Positions 20,983-30,935 of a DNA stretch of 64,000 nucleotides are shown piece after piece. The position numbers and the translations under genes were made by a program. The stretch covers positions 14,999 to 78,998 of the forward strand of contig JAJZTQ010000008.1 of assembly GCA_021848825.1 (NCBI GenBank). Reading direction: 5' to 3'. The notes beneath the pieces are model-generated. The model saw only the letters and a list, made by a program, of their open reading frames with translations, did not search any database and was not told where the DNA came from. The stretch is from Pseudomonadota bacterium. Its GTDB lineage: Bacteria > Pseudomonadota > Gammaproteobacteria > Burkholderiales > JABEVD01. Within the stretch, counting starts at the first letter, position 1, and each line of letters opens with the position of its first letter.

Positions 20983-22163
20983 CGGAACGCTTCGTTTCGG
21001 GAAATGCTGTCAGGCTTCTGAAGAACGGCGAGGAATACTTTCCCGCGCTGGAATCAGCGATAGACGAAGCGATGCACGAAATCTTTCTCGAAACCTATAT
21101 TTTCGAGCATGACAGGGCGGGCATCCGGATAGGAAAGGCCTTGTCGAATGCCGCGGCAAGAGGGGTTTCCGTTCAGCTCATGGTGGACGGATTCGGCTCG
21201 AGGACCCTTCCGGAAGCCTTCGTCGAGGAAATGGAAAATTCGGGGGTCAAGGTGCTTTTCTTCGGCCAGAGGACTTCCCCCTGGACGCTCAGGAGAAGCA
21301 GGCTGCGAAGACTGCACAGGAAGCTCGCCGTGATCGATGCCAGAACGGCCTTCGTCGGCGGAATAAACATCATCGACGACAGGAACATTCCGGGGGTTCC
21401 GATAAAGGGTGAAGACATTCCGCCGAGGTTCGATTACGCCATCCAGGTCGAGGGACCGCTTGTTTCGGAAATCCATCATTCCGTCAGGAGCCTCTGGATC
21501 CTCAGGGCATGGATGCATTTCCAGCGGCCATGGCAGGAAAGCTTCACGCCGAAAATGCAGGAAAGGCACGGCACCCAGCACGCCGCATTCCTGGTCAGGG
21601 ACAACCTGAGGCACAGGCGCAACATCGAACTCGCCTATCTGCATGCCATCGGCTCCGCGAAAAAGGAGATCATCATCGCCAATGCCTACTTCTTTCCCGG
21701 ATTGGGCTTCAGGCATGCGCTCGTCGACGCGGCTTCGCGCGGCGTGCGGGTGATCCTGCTTCTGCAGGGAAAGGTCGAATATCTTCTGCTTCATTACGCG
21801 ACGAGAGCGCTTTATGGCAATTTCCTGGATTCGGGAATAGAGATTTACGAATACCAGAGGAGCCTGATGCATGCCAAGGTCGCCGTCGTCGACAACCACT
21901 GGACCACTGTCGGCTCATCCAACATCGACCCGTTCAGCCTGCTTCTCGCCAGGGAAGCGAATGTCGTGATCAGGGACGATACCTTCGCATCGGAATTGAG
22001 AAAGAGCCTTCTCGAATCGATAGAAAAGGATTCGACAAGGCTTTATCCGGATTCATGGGAAAGGCAACCCCTCCCGAGAAGGGTCCTGATCTGGCTTTCA
22101 TACGGGCTGGTCCGGTTCCTGACAGGCATGGCGGGATACGGGAGGGACCATGAATTCAGGTGA
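20979..22163 (+). CDS. clsB: Cardiolipin synthase B-type phospholipase D family protein
   Basis: Two HKD motifs (LHRKLAVID, MHAKVAVVD) and no N-terminal TM helices. Confidence 0.85.
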   Translation: MTERFVSGNAVRLLKNGEEYFPALESAIDEAMHEIFLETYIFEHDRAGIRIGKALSNAAARGVSVQLMVDGFGSRTLPEAFVEEMENSGVKVLFFGQRTSPWTLRRSRLRRLHRKLAVIDARTAFVGGINIIDDRNIPGVPIKGEDIPPRFDYAIQVEGPLVSEIHHSVRSLWILRAWMHFQRPWQESFTPKMQERHGTQHAAFLVRDNLRHRRNIELAYLHAIGSAKKEIIIANAYFFPGLGFRHALVDAASRGVRVILLLQGKVEYLLLHYATRALYGNFLDSGIEIYEYQRSLMHAKVAVVDNHWTTVGSSNIDPFSLLLAREANVVIRDDTFASELRKSLLESIEKDSTRLYPDSWERQPLPRRVLIWLSYGLVRFLTGMAGYGRDHEFR

Positions 22164-23913
22164 CTGGAAAACGGTCAAAACCCTTTTCCCCTACCTCATG
22201 GAATTCAGGGGAAGAGTATCGGTCGCGGCGCTGTTCCTGATCCTCGCCAAGGCTGCAGGAGTCACTGTCCCCATCGTCTTCAAGCATGTGGTCGATTCGC
22301 TCGACGCGAAAAAAGGCGCGATCGTTCTTCCCATCGCCCTGCTCCTGCTCTACGGGCTCTTGAGGTTCTTCAATACCCTGTTCGGCGAACTCAGGGATGC
22401 CGTATTCGCAAAGGTGACGCAGCGCGCGATCCGGCGAGTGGCGCTCAAGGTCTTCCTCCATCTCCATACCCTCAGCCTCAGATTCCATCTGGAGCGGCAG
22501 ACCGGCGGCATGTCCCGGGACATCGAGCGGGGAACCAAGGGCATCAGCTTCCTGCTCAATTTCATGCTTTTCAACATCATTCCGACCATCGTCGAGATCG
22601 CCCTCGTCGCGGTCATTCTGCTTTCCAGATACGACGCCTGGTTCGCGATCATCATCTGCATCACGCTTGCGGTCTACATCGCCTTCACGCTCGCCATCAC
22701 GGAATGGCGGATGATATTCAGAAGGATGATGAACGAGATGGATTCGAAGGCCAACACCCGGGCCATAGACAGCCTACTGAATTACGAGACGGTGAAATAT
22801 TTCTCCAACGAGGACTACGAGGCGAAGCGCTACGATGCCAGCCTCGTGACCTGGGAAAATGCGGCGGTCAGGAACCAGACTTCCCTTGCCTGGCTCAATG
22901 CCGGGCAGAGCGCGATCATTGCAGTCGGCATCACGGTCCTGATGTGGCTCGCGTCGAAAGGCGTGGCCGAGAAGAAAATGACGATAGGCGACCTGGTACT
23001 GGTGAATGCCTACATGCTCCAGCTCTACATGCCGCTCAACTTTCTCGGCTTCGTCTACCGGGAAATCAAGCATTCCCTCGCCGACATGGAAAAAATGTTC
23101 GGCCTGCTGGAAAGATTTCCGGAAGTGAAGGATGAAAAGGAGGCAACGGAACTCGTCCCTGGAAACGCCGCTGTCAGGTTCGAGCATGTGGACTTCAGCT
23201 ACGAGCAGGACAGGCAGATCCTGTTTGATGTCGATTTCGAGATTCCGGCAGGAAAAACGGTGGCGGTGGTGGGCCACAGCGGCTCGGGGAAATCGACCCT
23301 TTCCAGACTGCTTTTCAGGTTCTACGAACCCGAAAGAGGAAGGGTGATGATAAACGGGCAGGATATTCGGCAAGTCACCCAGAAGAGCCTGAGACAGGCG
23401 ATAGGCATCGTTCCCCAGGACACTGTCCTGTTCAACGATACCATCTATTACAATATCGCCTACGGCAGGCTGGACGCCGCCCGAGAGGAAGTCATCGAGG
23501 CTGCGAAGATGGCGCATATCCACGATTTCGTCGAATCCCTTCCGCAAGCGTACGATACCCTCGTGGGCGAACGGGGATTGAAGCTCTCGGGCGGGGAAAA
23601 GCAGCGCGTCGCGATAGCGCGCGCGATACTCAAGAACCCTTCCGTGCTGATCTTCGACGAGGCCACTTCAGCGCTCGATTCGAAGTCGGAGAAGGCGATC
23701 CAGAACGAGCTCAAAAGGATAGCAAAGGACAGGACAACGCTCGTCATCGCCCACAGGCTTTCGACCATCGTCGATTCCGACAGGATACTCGTGATGGAAA
23801 ACGGCAGGATCATCGAGCAGGGAACGCACAGGATGCTGCTCGAACGCGGCGGGACCTATGCCCACATGTGGCGCCTGCAGCAGGAAGAGGAAAAGATCAC
23901 GGTATTGGAGTAG
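22150..23913 (+). CDS. ABC exporter, fused permease/ATPase, Atm1/AtmA-like
   Basis: Six-TM domain followed by Walker [10 protein letters not shown], signature LSGGEKQR and Walker B LIFDEATS. 14-nt overlap with clsB. Confidence 0.8.
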   Translation: MNSGDWKTVKTLFPYLMEFRGRVSVAALFLILAKAAGVTVPIVFKHVVDSLDAKKGAIVLPIALLLLYGLLRFFNTLFGELRDAVFAKVTQRAIRRVALKVFLHLHTLSLRFHLERQTGGMSRDIERGTKGISFLLNFMLFNIIPTIVEIALVAVILLSRYDAWFAIIICITLAVYIAFTLAITEWRMIFRRMMNEMDSKANTRAIDSLLNYETVKYFSNEDYEAKRYDASLVTWENAAVRNQTSLAWLNAGQSAIIAVGITVLMWLASKGVAEKKMTIGDLVLVNAYMLQLYMPLNFLGFVYREIKHSLADMEKMFGLLERFPEVKDEKEATELVPGNAAVRFEHVDFSYEQDRQILFDVDFEIPAGKTVAVVGHSGSGKSTLSRLLFRFYEPERGRVMINGQDIRQVTQKSLRQAIGIVPQDTVLFNDTIYYNIAYGRLDAAREEVIEAAKMAHIHDFVESLPQAYDTLVGERGLKLSGGEKQRVAIARAILKNPSVLIFDEATSALDSKSEKAIQNELKRIAKDRTTLVIAHRLSTIVDSDRILVMENGRIIEQGTHRMLLERGGTYAHMWRLQQEEEKITVLE

Positions 23914-23917
23914 AATA

Positions 23918-24817
23918 ATGAATTTTTCGGATGCTCGTATGATAAAAGGCAGCCTTGTTGCGATAGTCACCCCGATGAAGAATGACGGGTCGCTCGATCT
24001 CGAAGGGCTGCGTTCGCTCGTCGATTTCCACGTCAAGGAAGGGACGGACGGCATCGTCATCGTCGGAACGACAGGGGAATCGCCCACCGTCGACTTCGAA
24101 GAGCACAGGGCGCTGATCTCGACCGCAGTCGAGCATGCTGCGGGAAGGATCCCGGTGATCGCCGGAACGGGCGCGAATTCGACGAAAGAGGCGATCCTGC
24201 TTTCGAGCTATGCGAAGGAAGCGGGGGCCGACGCCACGCTCTCGGTCGTTCCCTATTACAACAAGCCCACCCAGGAAGGGCTTTATCTGCATTTCAAATC
24301 GATCGCCGAAGCGGTCGATATCCCCATGATTCTGTACAATGTCCCGGGAAGGACTTCGGTCGACATGTCGAACGAAACCATCCTGAGGCTGGCGGAAATC
24401 CGCAACATCGCGGGCATCAAGGATGCGACAGGGAACATCGAGCGGGGTTCCGACCTGATAAGGCGGGCGCCGAGAGATTTTTCGGTCTACAGCGGAGACG
24501 ATGCGAGTTCCCTTGCGCTGATTCTGCTGGGCGGGATGGGAACCATTTCGGTCACTGCGAACGTCGCGCCGAGGCTGATGCACGCCCTGTGCGAAGCCGC
24601 CTTTTCCGGCGATATTGCAGCAGCGAGAGAGATCAACGACAAGCTCCTTCCTCTCCACAGGAACCTTTTCGTCGAAGCGAACCCGATTCCGGTAAAATGG
24701 GCCCTCTCGAAGATGAAATTGATCAATCCTGCATTGCGGCTGCCCATGACGCCGCTTCAGGATCAATATCACGAAATCGTTCTGAATGCGATGAGAAGCG
24801 CAGGGATCACACTATGA
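23918..24817 (+). CDS. dapA: 4-hydroxy-tetrahydrodipicolinate synthase
   Basis: [16 protein letters not shown] and the active-site Lys region (IAGIKDATG). Confidence 0.95.
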   Translation: MNFSDARMIKGSLVAIVTPMKNDGSLDLEGLRSLVDFHVKEGTDGIVIVGTTGESPTVDFEEHRALISTAVEHAAGRIPVIAGTGANSTKEAILLSSYAKEAGADATLSVVPYYNKPTQEGLYLHFKSIAEAVDIPMILYNVPGRTSVDMSNETILRLAEIRNIAGIKDATGNIERGSDLIRRAPRDFSVYSGDDASSLALILLGGMGTISVTANVAPRLMHALCEAAFSGDIAAAREINDKLLPLHRNLFVEANPIPVKWALSKMKLINPALRLPMTPLQDQYHEIVLNAMRSAGITL

Positions 24818-24831
24818 AAGAGAATGGAATC

Positions 24832-25446
24832 ATGAAAAACTTGCCCAGGACGGCCATCCTTGCCTTGCTGCTCTCAGGATGCAGCCTTCTTCCCTTCATG
24901 CACCACAAGACGGATTATGCGTCCGCGAAGCCAGGGGAAGAACTGATCGTCCCGCCCGATCTCACGAAACCTGCTCCGAACGACAGATTCAGCGTTCCCG
25001 CCGCGCCGAGCGGCCCTGCGCCGGCTCCGAAGTCCGCTCCCGAAGCGATGGCAAGCCAGGAAGCGGTGGAAGTGGACAATGCGCCCACCCATGCCAGGCT
25101 TTCCAACCAGGACAACGACATCACCCTCGACATTCCTGTCGATCGGGCATGGCGAAAGGTGGGACTGGCGCTGGAGAAAGTCGGCTTCACGGTGACTGAC
25201 CAGGACAGGGAAAAGGGTATCTATTTCGTCGACTATGCTCCTCCCGGGAAGCACGAGGAAAGCGGCATCCTGTCCAGCCTTGAATTCTGGAAAAACAAGG
25301 AAAAGCCGAAGACGCAGAAATTCAGGATCCAGGTCAGCGAAAGCGGCGCCGGCAGCGCAGTGACCCTGCTCGACAAGGACGGATTCACGGAACATACGGA
25401 AACTTCGGAAAAGATACTCAATCTGCTTTTCGAACAGCTCAAGTGA
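24832..25446 (+). CDS. bamC: Outer-membrane protein assembly lipoprotein BamC (NlpB)
   Basis: Lipobox LLLSGC and canonical position after dapA. An alternative start lies at 24814. Confidence 0.7.
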   Translation: MKNLPRTAILALLLSGCSLLPFMHHKTDYASAKPGEELIVPPDLTKPAPNDRFSVPAAPSGPAPAPKSAPEAMASQEAVEVDNAPTHARLSNQDNDITLDIPVDRAWRKVGLALEKVGFTVTDQDREKGIYFVDYAPPGKHEESGILSSLEFWKNKEKPKTQKFRIQVSESGAGSAVTLLDKDGFTEHTETSEKILNLLFEQLK

Positions 25447-25449
25447 TAG

Positions 25450-26217
25450 ATGCGCTTCGCCTCCCTCGCAAGCGGCAGCGAAGGCAATGCGCTCGTCGTC
25501 GAATCGGGTTCGACAAGGATCATGCTCGACTGCGGGCTGGGTCTGAAGGAAACCGTATCCAGGCTCAATCGCCTCTCCCTAGCCCCTGACGATCTCTCCG
25601 GCATACTCGTCACCCACGAACATGAGGACCATGCGAGCGGCGTGGTCCGCTTCGCCAAAAAATACGACATCCCGGTCTGGCTGACTTACGGCACATACAA
25701 GTCCGACGAGAAGGCCTATTCGACCCTTTCCAGGCTATCCGTCCTGGAAGGATATCGGCGCTTCGGCATAGGCGAAATCGAGATGGAGCCTTTCCCGGTC
25801 CCCCACGATGCAAGGGAACCCGTCCAGTTCGTCTTCGGTGACGGCGCGAAGAGGCTCGGCGTGATCACCGATCTCGGCAGTTCGACGCCGCATGTCGAAT
25901 CTCTGTTGAGCGGATGCGATGCGCTTGTAATCGAATGCAACCATGATTCCGGGATGCTGGCAAGAAGCGCCTATCCCCCCTCCCTGATCAGGAGAATTTC
26001 CGGGAGACTCGGGCATCTCGACAACGAAAGCGCGTCGAGGCTTCTGGAAAGACTGGATCAGAGCCGCCTCCAGCATGTCATCGCCGCTCATCTCAGCCAG
26101 AAGAACAATACGCCTGGTCTCGCGAAATCGGCGCTATGCAGAGCAATGGGGTGCGATGAGGAATGGATAGGTATAGCTTGCCAGCACCAGGGATTCGGCT
26201 GGCGACAGATTCTTTGA
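25450..26217 (+). CDS. MBL-fold metallo-hydrolase
   Basis: THEHEDH metal-binding motif; 255 aa. Confidence 0.8.
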   Translation: MRFASLASGSEGNALVVESGSTRIMLDCGLGLKETVSRLNRLSLAPDDLSGILVTHEHEDHASGVVRFAKKYDIPVWLTYGTYKSDEKAYSTLSRLSVLEGYRRFGIGEIEMEPFPVPHDAREPVQFVFGDGAKRLGVITDLGSSTPHVESLLSGCDALVIECNHDSGMLARSAYPPSLIRRISGRLGHLDNESASRLLERLDQSRLQHVIAAHLSQKNNTPGLAKSALCRAMGCDEEWIGIACQHQGFGWRQIL

Positions 26218-26221
26218 TGAA

Positions 26222-26242
26222 AGGCCGGATATTATCCGGCCT
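26222..26242. terminator. GC-rich hairpin AGGCCGG-ATATTAT-CCGGCCT between convergent genes
   Basis: Perfect 7-bp stem read directly. No clear U-tract on either strand. Confidence 0.4.
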
Positions 26243-26255
26243 AGGCCTGTGAGGC

Positions 26256-26468
26256 TTAGTTTGCTGCGGGAGCGCTGGCAGCAGGTGCAGCGTCGCTGGC
26301 AGCAGGTGCGGCAGGTGCAGCGTCGCTTGCAGCAGGAGCGGCGGGCGCAGCAGGAGCGGCAGGTGCTTCAGCGGGAGCAGGAGCGGATTCCGGAGCGGGA
26401 GCGGGCTTTTCGCCGCAGGCAGCAAGAGTAAGGCCAAACAAGGCAGCAAGAAGGAGCGAGCGATTCAT
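26256..26468 (-). CDS. Small Ala/Pro-rich repeat lipoprotein
   Basis: Signal peptide with lipobox LAAC; the mature part consists of PAAPAASDAA-type repeats encoded by tandem DNA repeats (~26274-26400). Confidence 0.6.
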   Translation of the reverse strand: MNRSLLLAALFGLTLAACGEKPAPAPESAPAPAEAPAAPAAPAAPAASDAAPAAPAASDAAPAASAPAAN

Positions 26469-26589
26469 TATATTATTCCCTAGTTAAAGTTGATTCGTAA
26501 CCTGTGCGGCCATCAAGAAACGGAGTTTCGGCCGACGATGGAATTTTAGCAGGTTTCTCGGATTTTTCTAGTGGTCCATCAGATTTTTC

Positions 26590-27066
26590 TCATAACCCCG
26601 TGATATTCGCGGAAACTGCCGAAACGGATGCCTTCCATATCTCTTCGAAGCGCTGCAGCAGCGCGCGCCCTTCGTGGGGATCTTCCAGCCCGAGCATTCC
26701 CCTGGGATCCTCGAAATGGAAGCGCCTGGCATAATGCATCCCGTCGGCCAGGCAGAACGGATCGCTCACGCCGACTTCGGGCAATGCCAGGTGGATTGCC
26801 ATGTTGTGGCTGAAGCGCCTCGCCAGCATGATCATGCGCGGGCAATATCCCTCGAGATAATCCACGCTCTTGAGGACGATGGAAATCCGGTTTTCCCTGT
26901 TCTGGAGAAGAAAATCCCTGAAGAGATCGTATCTCGACAGGCTGTTGAAGCCCAGGTTCTCCAGATCGTAATCGAACAGCATGAGATGGCGCCGGGCCAG
27001 CCTGATGATTTCCTCGGTCGCGGCGGCGTATTCCGAAAGCGTTTCCAGCCTCCGGTGTTCAGTCAT
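26590..27066 (-). CDS. Hypothetical protein (158 aa), coupled to the upstream cupin oxygenase gene
   Basis: The Met at 27066 gives an 8-nt overlap with the stop of the 27059-28171 gene. No family recognised. Confidence 0.5.
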   Translation of the reverse strand: MTEHRRLETLSEYAAATEEIIRLARRHLMLFDYDLENLGFNSLSRYDLFRDFLLQNRENRISIVLKSVDYLEGYCPRMIMLARRFSHNMAIHLALPEVGVSDPFCLADGMHYARRFHFEDPRGMLGLEDPHEGRALLQRFEEIWKASVSAVSANITGL

Positions 27067-28171
27067 GATTTCCCCCGATGCAGACATAGCCCTCAGAGTA
27101 CCATCGATAAAGCAGCGAAGACGTTTCTTCGTCGGTTTCCACGCTCTCGACAAAACGCCTGTCTGCAAGATCTTTCAGCAACGATCTGTCAAGATTGGAA
27201 AACGGAATCATTTCTCCGTTCACGTAGAGATGATCCATGGCGAACAGCAGCTGCGACCTCAAGTCCAGCCTTACCCCTTCCTTTTCGACTTCCTCGAGAA
27301 ACCGTTTCTTCGAGAGCGGGCGCCGCGGCGGATCGAAAAAGAGATGAGGCTTGGGCTCGGAGAGATAGATTCCCAGGAAATGCTCGATGTCCTCCTCTTT
27401 CCATGTTATGGCATCGATCGCCTTCTTCACCTTCCCTATCATCTTTTTGCCGATTTCCGCCGGATGATCCTGGATCTCCAGATCCGGATCCTGGTACATG
27501 CCGGGAATCTCCAGGTTGTCCTGAAGATGGATCAGGAACTGGGTTGCAAGCTCCTGATAGCTCGGCGCCCTGAAGCCTATCGAGTAGGTCATCGACTCCC
27601 CGACCGCGATGCCGTTATGCGCGTATTTCGGCGGAAGGTAGAGCATGTCTCCGGGTTCGAGCACCCATTCCGCTTCGGGCTCGAAATGCTTCAATATCCT
27701 GAGCGGCGCATCCGGGACAAGCGCCATTTCGCAATTCGAAGAAATCTGCCAGCGCCGACTGCCCAGCCCCTGCAGCAGGAAAACGTCGTACGAGTCGAAA
27801 TGGGGGCCGACCCCGCAGCCGTCCGGCGCATAGCTCACCATGAGGTCGTCTAGTCTGGCATGGGGAATGAAATCGAAATTCGAGAGAAGCTTCCCGCCGT
27901 CCTTGAGGAAATGATTGATTCCCTGAACAAGCAGCGTCCAACGCTCGGGAAGCTTTGCGAAATCCTTCTTCCTGAATGGGCCATCCCTGAGGGACCATTT
28001 TCCCTTTTCGAATGTCACGATTCGCGACTGGGCGCCATCGAGGCAGGAAAGCCCTATCAGTTCTTCCCTGTCAAGCAGCCCCTTGAAGCCGGGAAAGGCG
28101 CCTCTGATCAGGAGAGGCTTCTTCTGCCAGTATTCGCGCAGGAATTCGGATGGTGTGAGATCGCCGAGCAT
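27059..28171 (-). CDS. JmjC/cupin-4 ribosomal protein oxygenase (RoxA/YcfD-like)
   Basis: FLREYWQKKPLLIRGAF N-terminus, GVGPHFDSYDVFLLQ (HxD) iron site and a later His (YAHNG). Confidence 0.8.
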   Translation of the reverse strand: MLGDLTPSEFLREYWQKKPLLIRGAFPGFKGLLDREELIGLSCLDGAQSRIVTFEKGKWSLRDGPFRKKDFAKLPERWTLLVQGINHFLKDGGKLLSNFDFIPHARLDDLMVSYAPDGCGVGPHFDSYDVFLLQGLGSRRWQISSNCEMALVPDAPLRILKHFEPEAEWVLEPGDMLYLPPKYAHNGIAVGESMTYSIGFRAPSYQELATQFLIHLQDNLEIPGMYQDPDLEIQDHPAEIGKKMIGKVKKAIDAITWKEEDIEHFLGIYLSEPKPHLFFDPPRRPLSKKRFLEEVEKEGVRLDLRSQLLFAMDHLYVNGEMIPFSNLDRSLLKDLADRRFVESVETDEETSSLLYRWYSEGYVCIGGNHD

Positions 28172-28261
28172 TGCACCATTATAGATGCGGTCATAAAATT
28201 CTTCATCTCCGGACGAAATCGGTTAGAATCGTCCTGTCAATTACTCATGGATGACTTGTTA

Positions 28262-28738
28262 ATGCGCATCGAAAAAAACACCGTTGTTTCCCTCGATTTC
28301 GAGCTGACTGACGAATCGGGAAACCTTCTGGAAAAGACGGAAGCCCCGGTCAGCTACCTGCACGGCGGCTACGACGGGATCTTTCCCCAGGTCGAGGAAA
28401 CACTGCATGAAAAGGAAATCGGCTTCTCCTGCTCGGTGGACATGGAACCCGAAAACGCTTTCGGCGAAATCGACCCCAATCTGATCAGGGTGGAACCCAG
28501 GTCTCTCTTTCCGTCCGAAGTCGAAGTCGGCATGCGTTTCGAAGGCGGTGAAGAAGGGACTGAGGACATGCTGATCTACACGGTGACGGACGTGACCCCC
28601 GACAAGGTCGTCGTCGACGGGAATCACCCGCTTGCAGGCATGAAGCTCACCTTCAGCTGCACTGTAACGGGAATCCGTGCGGCGACAATGGAAGAAATCG
28701 AGCATGGCCATACCCACGAGGATGGCCATCACCACTAA
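28262..28738 (+). CDS. slyD: FKBP-type peptidyl-prolyl isomerase SlyD with His-rich tail
   Basis: MRIEKNTVVSLDFELTDESG start and C-terminal HGHTHEDGHHH. Confidence 0.9.
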   Translation: MRIEKNTVVSLDFELTDESGNLLEKTEAPVSYLHGGYDGIFPQVEETLHEKEIGFSCSVDMEPENAFGEIDPNLIRVEPRSLFPSEVEVGMRFEGGEEGTEDMLIYTVTDVTPDKVVVDGNHPLAGMKLTFSCTVTGIRAATMEEIEHGHTHEDGHHH

Positions 28739-28918
28739 GGCTGCTGCAAAACTATTGCGCTTGCCATGACGGCGTTGAAAAATGGCTAAAAATGCTCATT
28801 TACTATCCGTAAACTGCGCCTTTTGCGAGTTGGGCAAAAAAACGCCCATCCCTGCCAGACCCATTTCGCCATTTTTCGCCTGGCCCTGACTGCGCTCATC
28901 GCCTTTTTCAGCAGCCTG

Positions 28919-29299
28919 TCAGGCCGCCTGGAGCGGGATGCTGCTTCGCTGTCCGATGATCTTGTTCGAACCGTCGACATAGACGAGCCTGGGCTTGAAA
29001 AGCGATATCGCTCTCTCTTCCACATGGACATAGGAAGCGATGATCACGATGTCGCCGCAGGATGCCTTGTGCGCTGCAGCCCCGTTCACCGAAATGACGC
29101 CTGAACCCCGCTCCGCCCTGATCGCATAGGTCGTGAAGCGCTCGCCGTTGGTAACATTGTAGATATCGATCTGCTGGTATTCCCTGATGTCAGCAGCGTC
29201 GAGAAGATCCTCGTCGATCGCGCAGGATCCCTCGTAATGCAGCTCCGAATGGGTGACGGTCGCCCTGTGGAGCTTGGAATGCAACATGATTCTCTGCAT
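28919..29299 (-). CDS. panD: Aspartate 1-decarboxylase
   Basis: [16 protein letters not shown]...YEGSCAIDE self-processing site. Confidence 0.95.
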   Translation of the reverse strand: MQRIMLHSKLHRATVTHSELHYEGSCAIDEDLLDAADIREYQQIDIYNVTNGERFTTYAIRAERGSGVISVNGAAAHKASCGDIVIIASYVHVEERAISLFKPRLVYVDGSNKIIGQRSSIPLQAA

Positions 29300-29328
29300 G
29301 GCCGCTTACCGAAAAAGCCGGGATTATA

Positions 29329-30150
29329 TCAAACTTCCAGGTTGTCTATGAGCCTTGTTTTCCCGAGCCTTGCCGCACCCAGCACGACCAGCCTTGCCGT
29401 CCGCTCCCCGACTCTTTTCAGGCTTTCTGCATCCCTGATCTCGAAGTAGTCGACCTTCCAGCCCCTTCCTTCCAGATCCTGCCTCGCTTTCAGCGCTATC
29501 GACGCCTGTTCCTTTCCCGCCAGCAGCGCCTCTCTCGCCTCTTTCAGGTTGAAATGAAGCCTCGGCGCCTCACGCCTTTCTTCTTCGGTCAGGTACCTGT
29601 TCCTCGAGCTCATCGCCAGCCCGTCATTTTCCCTGACTGTCTCCCCTGCCAGGATGGAGAGCGGGAGATTCAGCTGGGCAACCATCTTCGAGACGAGATG
29701 GAGCTGCTGGTAGTCCTTCTTGCCGAATACGGCGAAATCGGGCCTGACGATATTGAAGAGCTTCAGGACGATCGTCGCCATCCCCTCGAAATGCCCGGGG
29801 CGATGAGCGCCGCAGAGCTCGTTCGCGATTTCGGGGAGGGCTATCCTGACTTCCTGGGGAACAGGATAGAGTTCGGATTCCTGGGGAGCGAAAAGGATGT
29901 CCACCCCGTCCTTTTCGAGCTTCTCGCAATCCTCCTGAAATGTCCTGGGATAACGGTCGAAATCCTCCCCCGCGCCGAACTGCAGGCGATTGACGAATAT
30001 GCTCGAAACCACGCATTTCGCCTGTCGTCTGCCAATCCTGGTCAGCTCGAGATGACCTTCATGGAGATTGCCCATGGTCGGGACGAATGCGGTTTCGATC
30101 TCGCCCGAGAGCCTTTTCCTCAGGGAAGAAACGGATTCGAATATTTCCAT
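29329..30150 (-). CDS. panC: Pantoate--beta-alanine ligase
   Basis: VPTMGNLHEGHL motif. ATG at 30150 overlaps the panB stop (ATGA). The longer track ORF is an upstream extension. Confidence 0.95.
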   Translation of the reverse strand: MEIFESVSSLRKRLSGEIETAFVPTMGNLHEGHLELTRIGRRQAKCVVSSIFVNRLQFGAGEDFDRYPRTFQEDCEKLEKDGVDILFAPQESELYPVPQEVRIALPEIANELCGAHRPGHFEGMATIVLKLFNIVRPDFAVFGKKDYQQLHLVSKMVAQLNLPLSILAGETVRENDGLAMSSRNRYLTEEERREAPRLHFNLKEAREALLAGKEQASIALKARQDLEGRGWKVDYFEIRDAESLKRVGERTARLVVLGAARLGKTRLIDNLEV

Positions 30151-30935
30151 CAGAAAGTGTGCTGAGGTCCCGGGAAGACGCCTTTCCTGACTTCTTCCAC
30201 ATAGCGCGAAACCGCGTCCCTGATGCTCGACGCGCCTTCCATGTAGTTCTTGACGAATTTCGCCTGCTTTCCGGGATAGATCCCGAGCATGTCGTATAGC
30301 ACCAGAACCTGCCCGGAGCATGCGCTTCCCGCCCCTATCCCTATGGTCGGGATGGAAAGGCTCTCGGTGATCTCGGCAGCGAGTTCTCCCGGAATCGCCT
30401 CCATCAGGAGCATCGATGCGCCGGCCTGCTCGAGCGCCGTCGCCTCGCCCAGCAGGCGCCTTGCATCCTCTTCCGATTTCCCCTGGACCCGGTATCCGCC
30501 GAGACGGTGCACGGACTGGGGCGTGAGGCCGATGTGGGCGCAGACGGGAACCCCTCTTTTCGATGCGAATTCGACTGTTTCGTAGAGCGGCCCCTCCAGC
30601 TTCACCATGTGGGCGCCGGCAGAGAGCAGCCTTGCCGCATTGGCGAAGGCCTTCTCCGAATTTTCCTGGTAGCTTCCGAAAGGCATGTCCGCCATGATGA
30701 ATGCTCGTCCGGAAGACCGGGAAACGCATCTGGTGTGGTAGATCATGTCTTCCATCGAGACTGAAAGGGTGGTGTTCCTCCCCTGCATCACCATGCCAAG
30801 GGAATCCCCGACGAGCAGGATGTCGACTCCCGCTTCCTCGAGCAGCACCGCAAAACTCGAATCGTAGCAGGTCAGCGCCGCGATCGGGACGCCTTCCTTC
30901 CTCATGCCGTTGAGAGAATCGAGCGTCAGCATCAT
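30150..30935 (-). CDS. panB: 3-methyl-2-oxobutanoate hydroxymethyltransferase
   Basis: LTCYDSSFAVLLEEAGVDILLVGDSLGMV motif. ATGA overlap with the upstream kinase gene. Confidence 0.95.
   Translation of the reverse strand: MMLTLDSLNGMRKEGVPIAALTCYDSSFAVLLEEAGVDILLVGDSLGMVMQGRNTTLSVSMEDMIYHTRCVSRSSGRAFIMADMPFGSYQENSEKAFANAARLLSAGAHMVKLEGPLYETVEFASKRGVPVCAHIGLTPQSVHRLGGYRVQGKSEEDARRLLGEATALEQAGASMLLMEAIPGELAAEITESLSIPTIGIGAGSACSGQVLVLYDMLGIYPGKQAKFVKNYMEGASSIRDAVSRYVEEVRKGVFPGPQHTF

Noticed and set aside
26249-26431. 60-aa Arg/Gln-rich plus-strand ORF
   Set aside because: It is the mirror frame of the Ala/Pro-repeat lipoprotein. The minus-strand product has a signal peptide and lipobox, and this ORF has neither.
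28739-28918. 180-nt convergent gap between slyD and panD, considered as an sRNA or small-ORF locus
   Set aside because: Only weak 4-6-bp hairpins are present, there is no U-tract terminator, and the one 35-codon ORF lacks an SD. Nothing I can support without expression or conservation data.
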